This document shows, one piece after another, positions 26,985 to 36,188 of a DNA stretch of 64,000 nucleotides (positions are counted from its first letter, which is position 1; every line of letters starts with the position of its first letter). The position numbers and the translations under genes are program-made. The DNA comes from an uncultured Clostridia bacterium (GTDB taxonomy: Bacteria > Bacillota > Clostridia > Christensenellales > Borkfalkiaceae): the NCBI GenBank assembly GCA_944358655.1, contig CALVRO010000008.1, forward strand, positions 320 through 64,319. The letters run 5' to 3'. Under the pieces are notes generated by a model. It ran no database searches. It saw nothing but the letters and a program-made list of their open reading frames with translations, and had not been told where the DNA came from.

Positions 26985-27136
26985 AGAATTTTTTCGACAA
27001 AATAGTCAGCCGTTCGTTCTGGGGGCTGGCCACAATGTTTTTCGCCATTCTTCTGGCAATACTGATAGTCGATTCGGCCATAGCAGGCAATTATGCGGGC
27101 TGGATAAATTCATTTTTAGATATATATCCCTATTGA
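26981..27136 (+). CDS. 51-aa membrane peptide resembling the N-terminal anchor of the membrane-bound GH3 enzymes
   Basis: The GTG start is preceded by aaaGGAGGGG. The product is MKNFFDKIVSRSFWGLATMFFAILLAILIV... Compare the GH3 N-termini at 46198 (MKKLFKRVSFRVWFIVTAILVALVV) and 57140. It is not in the ORF track because it is under 60 aa. Confidence 0.35.
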   Translation: MKNFFDKIVSRSFWGLATMFFAILLAILIVDSAIAGNYAGWINSFLDIYPY

Positions 27137-27795
27137 TGGATAATAATCAGGACGATCTTCAAAGGCTGGCAAATATCACCGAGGAATACGAAGGCAACGT
27201 TCAGATCGTTGCCCGTGCGGAAAAGAGCATAAAGAACAGGGAAGGAGCGTCGAGGCGGCGTAAAAGATCATATAAATGGTTCTTAGCTGCCGCATGTTGT
27301 GTTCTTGTGATAGTTGCAGCCGTGTGGATCCCCGTATATTATTTACCGACGGCCGATGAGGTGATTTACTATTCACCATCATCTCTCAGGTATTCCGATA
27401 TTGCCGATGTCGAGCTTTTCCAACGGGAGAACGGCGTCGGTTTCAGATATTTCAATGGCCCCATGTTGCAGACGCGCGCCGCTTACGCGCGGGAGACGGA
27501 CGACCTCGTTTATATCTCGCAGGAAGGATTTGTTTCCGACGGGGAAGGTTTCGATACCGTCGCCCTGTATGTGGTGTGTATGCCAAATTCGGAATTCGAC
27601 TTTATGAGAAATTTCGATAAGACAAAAGATAATATTGTTGTTGATAACACTGAAATCAGCTACAATATTGCCATAAGCGCACAAAATGATTGCTACGCAA
27701 AGTTTCAATGCGAGGACAAGTATTATTATCTGAATATCGTTACAAACAAGGACGGGGAGTCGGCAATAGAGCAATACGTTAGGTTGCTCATATAA
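27136..27795 (+). CDS. Single-pass membrane protein, function unknown (anti-sigma-like topology)
   Basis: Charged N-terminal ~45 aa, then one TM (WFLAAACCVLVIVAAVWIPVYY), then an extracytoplasmic ~150-aa domain. TGATG overlap with the preceding sORF. GC content drops at this point. Confidence 0.6.
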   Translation: MDNNQDDLQRLANITEEYEGNVQIVARAEKSIKNREGASRRRKRSYKWFLAAACCVLVIVAAVWIPVYYLPTADEVIYYSPSSLRYSDIADVELFQRENGVGFRYFNGPMLQTRAAYARETDDLVYISQEGFVSDGEGFDTVALYVVCMPNSEFDFMRNFDKTKDNIVVDNTEISYNIAISAQNDCYAKFQCEDKYYYLNIVTNKDGESAIEQYVRLLI

Positions 27796-27817
27796 AATAC
27801 AGATCGGAAGTTTAAAA

Positions 27818-27847
27818 GGCAGTGCCATCAACGGCACTGTCTTTTAT
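27818..27847. terminator. Bidirectional terminator
   Basis: GGCAGTGCC-atcaac-GGCACTGTC followed by TTTTATT, and preceded by AAAA. Confidence 0.65.
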
Positions 27848-28128
27848 TATTTGTCCGATATCCCGAGGTAGTATATGAAGATAACAAAGACGAGACTTAC
27901 GGAAATTATGATGACTAACTGTATGAGTGTTCGTGCAACAAAACAAATGACGCCGACGGCAAAACGGCGGGCGACCTGATAAGTTTTATTATATTCTGTT
28001 TCGAGATTATAAGCGCTTTTACGGATATCAACCACGCGCAGATCGTTAAAAGATTGTATTTCAGCCGAGGGAATATCATCGAAGCAGGGATAAAGAAAAT
28101 GGAGCGGACATTGTATGTCCGACGGCAA
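27847..28128 (-). CDS. Hypothetical small protein with a C-terminal TM (doubtful)
   Basis: 93-aa ORF with a TTG start and no clear RBS. A second ORF in another frame overlaps it. Retained only because it is convergent on the shared terminator. Confidence 0.25.
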   Translation of the reverse strand: MPSDIQCPLHFLYPCFDDIPSAEIQSFNDLRVVDIRKSAYNLETEYNKTYQVARRFAVGVICFVARTLIQLVIIISVSLVFVIFIYYLGISDK

Positions 28129-28565
28129 GAAGCTGAATAAAAGGGTGTGTTATCCGCCGAAATGACCGTTAAATTGTCAAAAACATGCGAAACAACACTC
28201 AAAGTTACAGGAATAACCGAAAAGTAAGGAATTCCTTATGTAAAACGGTGGAGGGGACACATGGTAAATGCGTGCGTACAGCCGTCGGTGGGTGGGAGGC
28301 ATGACGGCGCCTTTACGTCGTCGGGCTGATAAATATTGTCCGTCGCCCGCAGTTTTTATCTTTGCCGCATGTCTTAACTATAATTGGTTTTTCGTGATCG
28401 TCGGAGTTAAACGACTGCAGGTCAAATACGGGAAGGTTGCTATAAGTTTTATATATTAATTATAAGCCTATAACCATGTCAACTATAGTCATGATTAAAA
28501 AATAAATACGAGATATTTCTAAATAAATTTTGTGTCCGATACGCAACGTAACTTTAAAAGGCACG

Positions 28566-28611
28566 CTCCAAGAACAAAACAACCGATTTACCTGTTGTTT
28601 TGTTCTTGGAG
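28566..28611 (+). promoter_or_regulatory. 18-bp perfect stem-loop that sequesters the RHS gene RBS
   Basis: CTCCAAGAACAAAACAAC (28566-28583), a 10-nt loop, then GTTGTTTTGTTCTTGGAG (28594-28611). The GGAG at 28608-28611 is the only SD-like element and lies 9 nt before the ATG at 28621. Confidence 0.6.
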
Positions 28612-28620
28612 CAAGAAAAC

Positions 28621-31600
28621 ATGAACAAAATTATAAATGTCGGGGAAAGATGCATAGGCGAAAATCCAAAGTGGGATCTGTCGACACGCGACATAAAGCT
28701 GAAAGCAGAGGAGGTGTTTGTCGGCAGCGGAAAGTATATTGCTGGTACGAGCATAAACTACGAGCTTCAGCCTGCGGCGCTGTATGGGATAAATACAGGG
28801 CTCCCCGCGCATTGGAGGCTTGATTTGCACCAAAGTATTGTCGCGGATGGTGTGGGCAGATATGTATATACTGACGGCGATGGATTTCAACATGTATTTA
28901 TAAAGTATGTCGGTGAAGAGAATAAGTACTTTGATGCAGACGGCGCAGGTCTGACGTTAGACGCAGTGGCTCAGACCATAACTGACGAAAGCGGTAACTA
29001 TTTGAAATTTGTAGACGGCAGACTCAAACAGATAACCAAAGCAAAGACCTCCGTGACGACGGATATAACGTATGATACGGCGGGAATGATAAAGGGCGTG
29101 GCCTGCGGAAATTCGGTAATCGATTACAATTATGCCGACGGAAAATTGCAGACCATAACTTGTAAAATCAACGGCAATACTATCAGACAGTTAAAATTGG
29201 TATATGCGGGCGAAAAACTGTCGGAAATAAGACTGAGCGCGGGCGACACTGAGGTGTCGCTTAAGGCAATGACGTATGATGAAGCGGGCTGTTTGAGTAT
29301 GATATCGGACGGGCAGAACTCGGAAGCAATAATAATAGTCAACGAGCAGAGCGGCGGGCAGTACAGAGCAACCGAGGTTGGGCAGGGATATGTAAGGAAC
29401 GCAGTTTATACTTCCCTCTATAAAAATACCGTTACAAACATGCAATTTTCGGCTGGGGATCCGCAGAAGGTGACCGAAGTATGCGTCAGCAACGAAAACG
29501 GGATAAAACTGACATATATGTTGTCTGAGGACGGCCGTATAGCGGGAAGAATGGAAGGCAATATGACAACGGGGTATAAAACGCTTGAAAAGCGTTACGG
29601 CACGGCGCTGGAATATAGCGGCGTAACGTCGGCGGGAGCAGGGACGATCAATGGTAGGCCGGTGGCGAGGATAAGTGGCAGCGTACAGCCCGTGGTACCC
29701 GCAGGCAGCGCCGAGAAATTGAGCGAAAGTACATATCTTAGCCTCAATTTCTATCTCAGACACAGTGAGAGCGACAAGCGGATATTTGCCAAACTGACAG
29801 TTAACGGTAACAGTATGGAAGGGGTAGAAGCGGACTGCAGGGCGAGAAATATCTGGCAGAAGGTTTCAATTCCGTTTCGTCGTCCTACGTCGGGCATATC
29901 AACTGTAAAGTTGGATCTCACCGACAATACCGGCTCGGTGCTGACGGCAGATGTCTGCGACATAAGGCTGACCGAAAGTGAGTATGCGGAGCTGAAAGTG
30001 GCGTCGATGGGAATAGATTTCCGCGATATAACTATTTTCCGCTGTAAATATGGAAATGGGACCGCAGACGAATATGACAATAGTGCAGATGGCGAATGGT
30101 ATATGACGGCCGCAGACTATATGCGCACGCTCAAAAATAAAAACCGTTGTAACGGAGCTGAGTTCGACGCATATTTCGGTAACGGCAAACTTCGCCGCAA
30201 GATCAGCGATATCACTATCTATGATCCGCAAACGCAGAGTAATATTTCGCTGCTGAGCGGTGCGCCCGTAAGTAAGGTGACCTCGTCGGACGGGAAGAGC
30301 AGCACGGAGACGACATATACATATACTTCGGGCGGCTGCACGGCCGAGAGCAGCACGGAGATCGAGTATTTAAACGCAGACAGAATTCCGTCGACCAGAC
30401 AGTTTATAACAAGCGAAAGCTATGACTATGACGGTGGTTTAATAAACCGTACGGCCGACAACGGTACGGTGACTAATTACGACTATTTTTCGGACGGTCG
30501 GCTGCGCAAGGTAACGCTCAGCCCGCAGTCGGGCGCGGAGGTGGTTGTGTGCGAATATACAGAGGATAGTTTCGGCAGGCTTAAGGAATCGCATGCCGGC
30601 TGTATGGGTGAAACATACATATATAACAATTCTGACGGAAGTATTGACAGAATTAGTGAGATGAGTTACAATAATGGTGCGGGCAAGTATGTTTTAACCG
30701 GGTTTACGCGTAATTATGAATACGACGGCTATGGTAATTTAACGGGTGTTGTCTTTTCAGACGGCGGCGAGCACGAAATGACCTACGACGGGTTAAAGCT
30801 GAGGAGTGTGACGGACGGACAGGTAAAATACATGTACAGCCGCGACCTCCACAGGAATGCCGACGCTTTCAATGTGTACGACGAAACGCTGTTTTACGAT
30901 AGTGACTACTCCGGCACCGGCGAAGTCATACTTTACGAAAAGAGTATGGGAAAAACGGCGTCTCAGACGGCAATAGCGTACCGTTACGGCGAGAATGACA
31001 GCTATATCTACAATCGTATATACGACGAATACGACAGGGCAAAGAGCGTAACGCGGGGCGGAGCCGTTAAGGAAACGTATGACTACGAAAGCGGAACGGA
31101 CAGCGGCTATGCCCGCCGGGTAACAAAGATAACGGACGCGGACAGCGGAGTGAATTATGAGTTCGAGTACGCGGACGATAAGTTGAGTAAGACAGTAAGA
31201 ACGGGTTTCACGGCCGAATATAGCGGCGGCGTGACAACATATAATCTTTCCGGCAAGGGCGCTTTGGCGCGGGCCGAGAGTGCGCCGTGCGGCAGGACGG
31301 AGAAAGTCAGCTATTATGAAGAGTTCGATGGCGAGCACGTTCCCGACACGGACAAATTCGGCTGTGAATGTAAATATAACGAATACGGGCAGCTGATCAA
31401 GCGAACGATGGCGGACGAGACGGGAACGCAACTCCACAACTATACCTATGACTACGCGGTGAACGGCACGGGCGTGCCGGTACCGGTAGAGCTCAGATAC
31501 AGGAGATATCTGTCTACGCAGCTCTACGACATAACCGAGGCCATAGGCTACGACAGCCGCTGGAATATAAGTTCGATAAACAGAACGTTTCTTATAAACA

Positions 31601-33060
31601 ACGAGGCGCAGAACTATGCGGGAGATATAAAGAGCTACGAATATGAGTCAAGCAACCGCATCAGCCGAGAAAAGATAAGTTACAACGGCAAAGACTACAT
31701 AACCGAATACGAGTACGACGAAAACGGCCGTCTGAAGCAGAAGAAGGATATCCGTCGCAGCGGCGCGGCGACGGAAAAGGAGGATGAGTATAATTACACA
31801 TACGATCGCTTCGGCAGACTGAAACAATGCGCAAAGACGATAGACGGCGAAAAATATACGGATAGCTACAGCTATAACGACGCGGGCAACCGCACAGATC
31901 AGAGGCAGGCCGAAAAAGCCGGGAGCGGTTACGAATACATTCAAAAGCAGTTCGTATGGACGCGCGGCAAACTGTTGGAGAAGTACATAGGTGATGGCGC
32001 AACCACAACATATAAGTACGACTATGCCGACAGATTGGTAAAGCGCACAACGGGCAGCAGTACCACGGAATACTATTACGACGGCGACAGGCTTGTGGCG
32101 CAGACAACGCCGGGTGCGAAGATATACTACTTCTACGACGATGTCGGGGTGAGCGGAGCGGAGTATAACGGCGAATATTACGAATTCGTCCGCAATATAT
32201 TGGGGGATATAGTGGCGGTAATAAAGGGCATAGAGGTAGTGGGCAGGTACGACTACGACCCGTTCGGGGTCTGTACGGAGTACACGCAGAACACCTTTGT
32301 AAAGCTCAATCCTTTCCGCTATCGCGGCTATTTCTGCGATACGGTAACGGGTATGTATCTGTTAAAGACGCGTTACTATGACCCGGTAACGGCGCAATTC
32401 CTCTCGCTCGATCATCCCGACTACCTCGACCCGGACACCCATGGCGGTATAGACCTGTATGGTTACTGCAACAACAATCCTATTTCATATGTTGATCCTG
32501 ACGGAAGTATTGCAATATCTGCAATTCTGCTTGCAATGCTTGGTGGGGCTATTTGGGGCGGAGTATCGTCTGGTATTCAGGCGGCAAATAATGGCTTATC
32601 AGTTGGGAAAACGATACTGGCTATATTAGGCGGTGCTATTATGGGGGCGGCAGTATCTGGAGCTTTTGCTTTGGGGGGTGCAGCGGCTACTGGGTTAACA
32701 ATAGCAGGAAATGTTGTAAAAATATCAGGGGCAACATTATTTGCAATTGCTTCTTATAGTACTGCTGTTGCCGGCATTATTGATTATCAACTTAATTCTA
32801 TTGCATATGATAGAAGGACAACATCTGATGGGTATTTTATTAGTGCGGCGAATGGTTTTATGGAAGGCATAGCTTCTTTTACTGCTGGATTATTTGCAGG
32901 TTTAAATGGGTATTTTCGGTATATTGATCAAAAAGGCTTATTTAAGGCAAATAAAAATATTGAAAAGGTATTTCGTACTGTTAAATTTAGTATTCCTTCT
33001 ATGATTTTTAGAAATGGTTTTAGAATTATTGTACAACATAAATGGGAGGTTTATTGGTAA
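28621..33060 (+). CDS. RHS/YD-repeat polymorphic toxin with a glycine-zipper hydrophobic C-terminal domain
   Basis: Many YD repeats (YDYDGGLINRT, YDYFSDGRLRKV, YEYDENGRLKQK, YTYDRFGRLKQ, YKYDYADRLVKR). RHS-associated core end PFRYRGYFCDTVTGMYLLKTRYYDPVTAQFLSLDHPDYLDP...YGYCNNNPISYVDPDG. The ~185-aa tail is rich in GxxxG/A motifs. Start taken at ATG 28621. Confidence 0.92.
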   Translation: MNKIINVGERCIGENPKWDLSTRDIKLKAEEVFVGSGKYIAGTSINYELQPAALYGINTGLPAHWRLDLHQSIVADGVGRYVYTDGDGFQHVFIKYVGEENKYFDADGAGLTLDAVAQTITDESGNYLKFVDGRLKQITKAKTSVTTDITYDTAGMIKGVACGNSVIDYNYADGKLQTITCKINGNTIRQLKLVYAGEKLSEIRLSAGDTEVSLKAMTYDEAGCLSMISDGQNSEAIIIVNEQSGGQYRATEVGQGYVRNAVYTSLYKNTVTNMQFSAGDPQKVTEVCVSNENGIKLTYMLSEDGRIAGRMEGNMTTGYKTLEKRYGTALEYSGVTSAGAGTINGRPVARISGSVQPVVPAGSAEKLSESTYLSLNFYLRHSESDKRIFAKLTVNGNSMEGVEADCRARNIWQKVSIPFRRPTSGISTVKLDLTDNTGSVLTADVCDIRLTESEYAELKVASMGIDFRDITIFRCKYGNGTADEYDNSADGEWYMTAADYMRTLKNKNRCNGAEFDAYFGNGKLRRKISDITIYDPQTQSNISLLSGAPVSKVTSSDGKSSTETTYTYTSGGCTAESSTEIEYLNADRIPSTRQFITSESYDYDGGLINRTADNGTVTNYDYFSDGRLRKVTLSPQSGAEVVVCEYTEDSFGRLKESHAGCMGETYIYNNSDGSIDRISEMSYNNGAGKYVLTGFTRNYEYDGYGNLTGVVFSDGGEHEMTYDGLKLRSVTDGQVKYMYSRDLHRNADAFNVYDETLFYDSDYSGTGEVILYEKSMGKTASQTAIAYRYGENDSYIYNRIYDEYDRAKSVTRGGAVKETYDYESGTDSGYARRVTKITDADSGVNYEFEYADDKLSKTVRTGFTAEYSGGVTTYNLSGKGALARAESAPCGRTEKVSYYEEFDGEHVPDTDKFGCECKYNEYGQLIKRTMADETGTQLHNYTYDYAVNGTGVPVPVELRYRRYLSTQLYDITEAIGYDSRWNISSINRTFLINNEAQNYAGDIKSYEYESSNRISREKISYNGKDYITEYEYDENGRLKQKKDIRRSGAATEKEDEYNYTYDRFGRLKQCAKTIDGEKYTDSYSYNDAGNRTDQRQAEKAGSGYEYIQKQFVWTRGKLLEKYIGDGATTTYKYDYADRLVKRTTGSSTTEYYYDGDRLVAQTTPGAKIYYFYDDVGVSGAEYNGEYYEFVRNILGDIVAVIKGIEVVGRYDYDPFGVCTEYTQNTFVKLNPFRYRGYFCDTVTGMYLLKTRYYDPVTAQFLSLDHPDYLDPDTHGGIDLYGYCNNNPISYVDPDGSIAISAILLAMLGGAIWGGVSSGIQAANNGLSVGKTILAILGGAIMGAAVSGAFALGGAAATGLTIAGNVVKISGATLFAIASYSTAVAGIIDYQLNSIAYDRRTTSDGYFISAANGFMEGIASFTAGLFAGLNGYFRYIDQKGLFKANKNIEKVFRTVKFSIPSMIFRNGFRIIVQHKWEVYW
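31281..32432 (+). repeat. Direct repeat copy A (RHS core 3' end), 1152 bp
   Basis: Identical to 33588-34739 at a constant offset of 2307 nt. I saw a single mismatch in the stretches I compared (aaagtCagc versus aaagtTagc). Confidence 0.95.
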
Positions 33061-33528
33061 TTGAATGCGGAATGTATAAAAATCAAGTTTGACGTCTCTC
33101 TATTAAAATGGGGCCTTACAATATTTTTCCTGTGTGGGAATTTGTTTGTCTTATTAGCAGGTTCTGTTAGAAGTCGAAGTGATTTGATTTTACTAATTAT
33201 CGTCGTATCTTTATCTAATTGCATGGCTGGTTGTTCGTACTTCTTATTGTCTGTTTTTCCAAAATGGTATTATATTTTTGATGAAAATCGTGTAATCTTT
33301 TTTATGGGGAATGTAGAAAAACGAACCATAAAATGGGTTGATGTTATTCATTCACATTACAGTTATGCTTTTGGTGTTATTTTTGAGGGAATACAATTAA
33401 AATATAGGGATGATTTTAAAATAGAGACATTCATTATATGTATAAAACAAAAGGATATAATGAAGATTTGTCAATTGATATCTGTATTTAATGATATTGT
33501 TCATGGTGAATATTTAGATTCATTTTAA
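33061..33528 (+). CDS. Putative cognate immunity protein (2 TM)
   Basis: 155-aa ORF whose TTG start directly abuts the RHS stop. Two N-terminal TM helices. About 30% GC, like the toxin tail. Confidence 0.6.
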   Translation: MNAECIKIKFDVSLLKWGLTIFFLCGNLFVLLAGSVRSRSDLILLIIVVSLSNCMAGCSYFLLSVFPKWYYIFDENRVIFFMGNVEKRTIKWVDVIHSHYSYAFGVIFEGIQLKYRDDFKIETFIICIKQKDIMKICQLISVFNDIVHGEYLDSF

Positions 33529-33587
33529 AATACTTTAAAAGATAGATTTATTTAATTGCGCCGCCGCACGTCTTAGCGCGCGGCGGT

Positions 33588-34739
33588 TGCGCCGTGCGGC
33601 AGGACGGAGAAAGTTAGCTATTATGAAGAGTTCGATGGCGAGCACGTTCCCGACACGGACAAATTCGGCTGTGAATGTAAATATAACGAATACGGGCAGC
33701 TGATCAAGCGAACGATGGCGGACGAGACGGGAACGCAACTCCACAACTATACCTATGACTACGCGGTGAACGGCACGGGCGTGCCGGTACCGGTAGAGCT
33801 CAGATACAGGAGATATCTGTCTACGCAGCTCTACGACATAACCGAGGCCATAGGCTACGACAGCCGCTGGAATATAAGTTCGATAAACAGAACGTTTCTT
33901 ATAAACAACGAGGCGCAGAACTATGCGGGAGATATAAAGAGCTACGAATATGAGTCAAGCAACCGCATCAGCCGAGAAAAGATAAGTTACAACGGCAAAG
34001 ACTACATAACCGAATACGAGTACGACGAAAACGGCCGTCTGAAGCAGAAGAAGGATATCCGTCGCAGCGGCGCGGCGACGGAAAAGGAGGATGAGTATAA
34101 TTACACATACGATCGCTTCGGCAGACTGAAACAATGCGCAAAGACGATAGACGGCGAAAAATATACGGATAGCTACAGCTATAACGACGCGGGCAACCGC
34201 ACAGATCAGAGGCAGGCCGAAAAAGCCGGGAGCGGTTACGAATACATTCAAAAGCAGTTCGTATGGACGCGCGGCAAACTGTTGGAGAAGTACATAGGTG
34301 ATGGCGCAACCACAACATATAAGTACGACTATGCCGACAGATTGGTAAAGCGCACAACGGGCAGCAGTACCACGGAATACTATTACGACGGCGACAGGCT
34401 TGTGGCGCAGACAACGCCGGGTGCGAAGATATACTACTTCTACGACGATGTCGGGGTGAGCGGAGCGGAGTATAACGGCGAATATTACGAATTCGTCCGC
34501 AATATATTGGGGGATATAGTGGCGGTAATAAAGGGCATAGAGGTAGTGGGCAGGTACGACTACGACCCGTTCGGGGTCTGTACGGAGTACACGCAGAACA
34601 CCTTTGTAAAGCTCAATCCTTTCCGCTATCGCGGCTATTTCTGCGATACGGTAACGGGTATGTATCTGTTAAAGACGCGTTACTATGACCCGGTAACGGC
34701 GCAATTCCTCTCGCTCGATCATCCCGACTACCTCGACCC
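33588..34739 (+). repeat. Direct repeat copy B (5' part of the orphan RHS cassette), 1152 bp
   Basis: See copy A. The repeat begins right after a hairpin-rich junction (33555-33587) and ends about 70 nt before the DPxG core-end motif. Confidence 0.95.
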
Positions 34740-35346
34740 CGAAACTCTCGGCGGCATAGACCTGTATGCTTATTGCAATAACAATCCCATAATGTACACC
34801 GATCCATACGGCACTACTGCATGGTGGGAGTGGTTGATTGCGGGTATAGTCACAGCCGTCGCAGTCGCTGGCGCGGTGATATTAAACATAGCTACTGCGG
34901 GGACAGCATCGGTGGCTTTGGGGGTTGTATCGGCAGCAGTGACTGGGGCGGCTACAGGTTCGGCGCTTTCGTTGGTAAGCTCAATGACATCAGGAGAATT
35001 GAGCATAGGGTATTTTTTTACAGATACTCTTGTTGGTGCACTTACAGGAATTATTGCATACGGCGCGGGAGAGGTTTTAGGTGCTGTAGGCAAAGGGATT
35101 GGTAACGCTTTAGGCTATCTAAAATTCAACAATAAGTTTGTTAATTCCGTTAGTGGTTTTTCAACTGCGGTCGAAACCTTTAGTAAAGGAATTAATATTG
35201 TTGGTGGAGTTTCCATTGGAATATATTTGGATGAAGTTGTAAATAGAGCGTTAAATAGAAAAGATAATCTTGTGGAACGTATTAAGAATAATATACATTC
35301 AACTATTTTTTCTGAATTTTTAACTTTTATTAGATATATATGGTAA
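33715..35346 (+). CDS. Orphan (5'-truncated) RHS C-terminal cassette with an alternative glycine-zipper toxin tail
   Basis: In-frame RHS homology starts at 33589, just after a TAG at 33574-33576. The first ATG is at 33715. There is no N-terminal RHS shell, RBS or promoter. The core end is YAYCNNNPIMYTDPYG, followed by a divergent ~175-aa Gly/Ala-rich hydrophobic tail. Confidence 0.8.
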   Translation: MADETGTQLHNYTYDYAVNGTGVPVPVELRYRRYLSTQLYDITEAIGYDSRWNISSINRTFLINNEAQNYAGDIKSYEYESSNRISREKISYNGKDYITEYEYDENGRLKQKKDIRRSGAATEKEDEYNYTYDRFGRLKQCAKTIDGEKYTDSYSYNDAGNRTDQRQAEKAGSGYEYIQKQFVWTRGKLLEKYIGDGATTTYKYDYADRLVKRTTGSSTTEYYYDGDRLVAQTTPGAKIYYFYDDVGVSGAEYNGEYYEFVRNILGDIVAVIKGIEVVGRYDYDPFGVCTEYTQNTFVKLNPFRYRGYFCDTVTGMYLLKTRYYDPVTAQFLSLDHPDYLDPETLGGIDLYAYCNNNPIMYTDPYGTTAWWEWLIAGIVTAVAVAGAVILNIATAGTASVALGVVSAAVTGAATGSALSLVSSMTSGELSIGYFFTDTLVGALTGIIAYGAGEVLGAVGKGIGNALGYLKFNNKFVNSVSGFSTAVETFSKGINIVGGVSIGIYLDEVVNRALNRKDNLVERIKNNIHSTIFSEFLTFIRYIW

Positions 35347-35840
35347 ATATCGAATATACTCAAACAATATGCAGTTTTAAGTATGGCGTAAAGAACCCTA
35401 AATATGTTTACATTGTATTATTAATTATCTTAATGTCTATTTTTTTAATTGCATTGAGTTTTTTAATAGCTTACGCGGTTGTTGAAGGTAGTACGGTAAG
35501 TGACATTGTTTCAATGGCTTTGGCGTGTGTAGTATTTGGTAGTTTATTGATTGCGGTCATTTTCATATTATTGTATGAGCAAATTTATGTGAAGAAGGGA
35601 ATATTAAAATGTATCACAGCATCCGATGCTTTTTTCGTTACAGTTGTTCCTTTCGAATTTTCTTCAGCTTATGGAGGTGCTTTTAAAAAAATATATAAGC
35701 TTGGTGTTAAATTCACTTATGGCGGTGAAACAATTACTATGATATGTAAAAAATACGCATATTTAAAAACGTTCATAGGAATAAAAGTGAAAGCTGTTTA
35801 TTCTCCTTCATGTGATGATGTCGTTTTGATTAAAGAATAA
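35340..35840 (+). CDS. Putative immunity protein for the orphan toxin tail (2 TM)
   Basis: 166 aa. The ATG overlaps the orphan cassette's final Ile and Trp codons, just upstream of its TAA stop. Two TM helices. Low GC. Confidence 0.6.
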   Translation: MVNIEYTQTICSFKYGVKNPKYVYIVLLIILMSIFLIALSFLIAYAVVEGSTVSDIVSMALACVVFGSLLIAVIFILLYEQIYVKKGILKCITASDAFFVTVVPFEFSSAYGGAFKKIYKLGVKFTYGGETITMICKKYAYLKTFIGIKVKAVYSPSCDDVVLIKE

Positions 35841-36088
35841 TTGTTAAAGAAAATATATTTTAACAGGATAAATGTTTTTTACTTGTGAATTAATTAAATT
35901 ATCGGTCGGATAGAATCACAATCCCGAAAGCATGGAAAGATAGGTCGGGCGGGCAGAATTTAAATTATAATAGCTGTTGATAATTCTGTGTGAATGTATT
36001 AGTGCTTCATTTGGTTTGTCGATTTATTCAGATTGATAAGCTTTCGAATAATTATTTGAAATAATTATTAAATGTGGGCTTGAAATCG

Positions 36089-36118
36089 TTGACAGATATT
36101 ACCAAGATATGATAAAAT
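36089..36118 (+). promoter_or_regulatory. Sigma-70-like promoter for the SipW-substrate/sipW pair
   Basis: TTGACA (36089-36094), an 18-nt spacer, then TAAAAT (36113-36118). Confidence 0.5.
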
Positions 36119-36188
36119 TATTCAAAAAGATACACAAAAATACACGGCTCATGGCCGTGTGGGAAATTGTGTATAAGGGGCGAGAATT

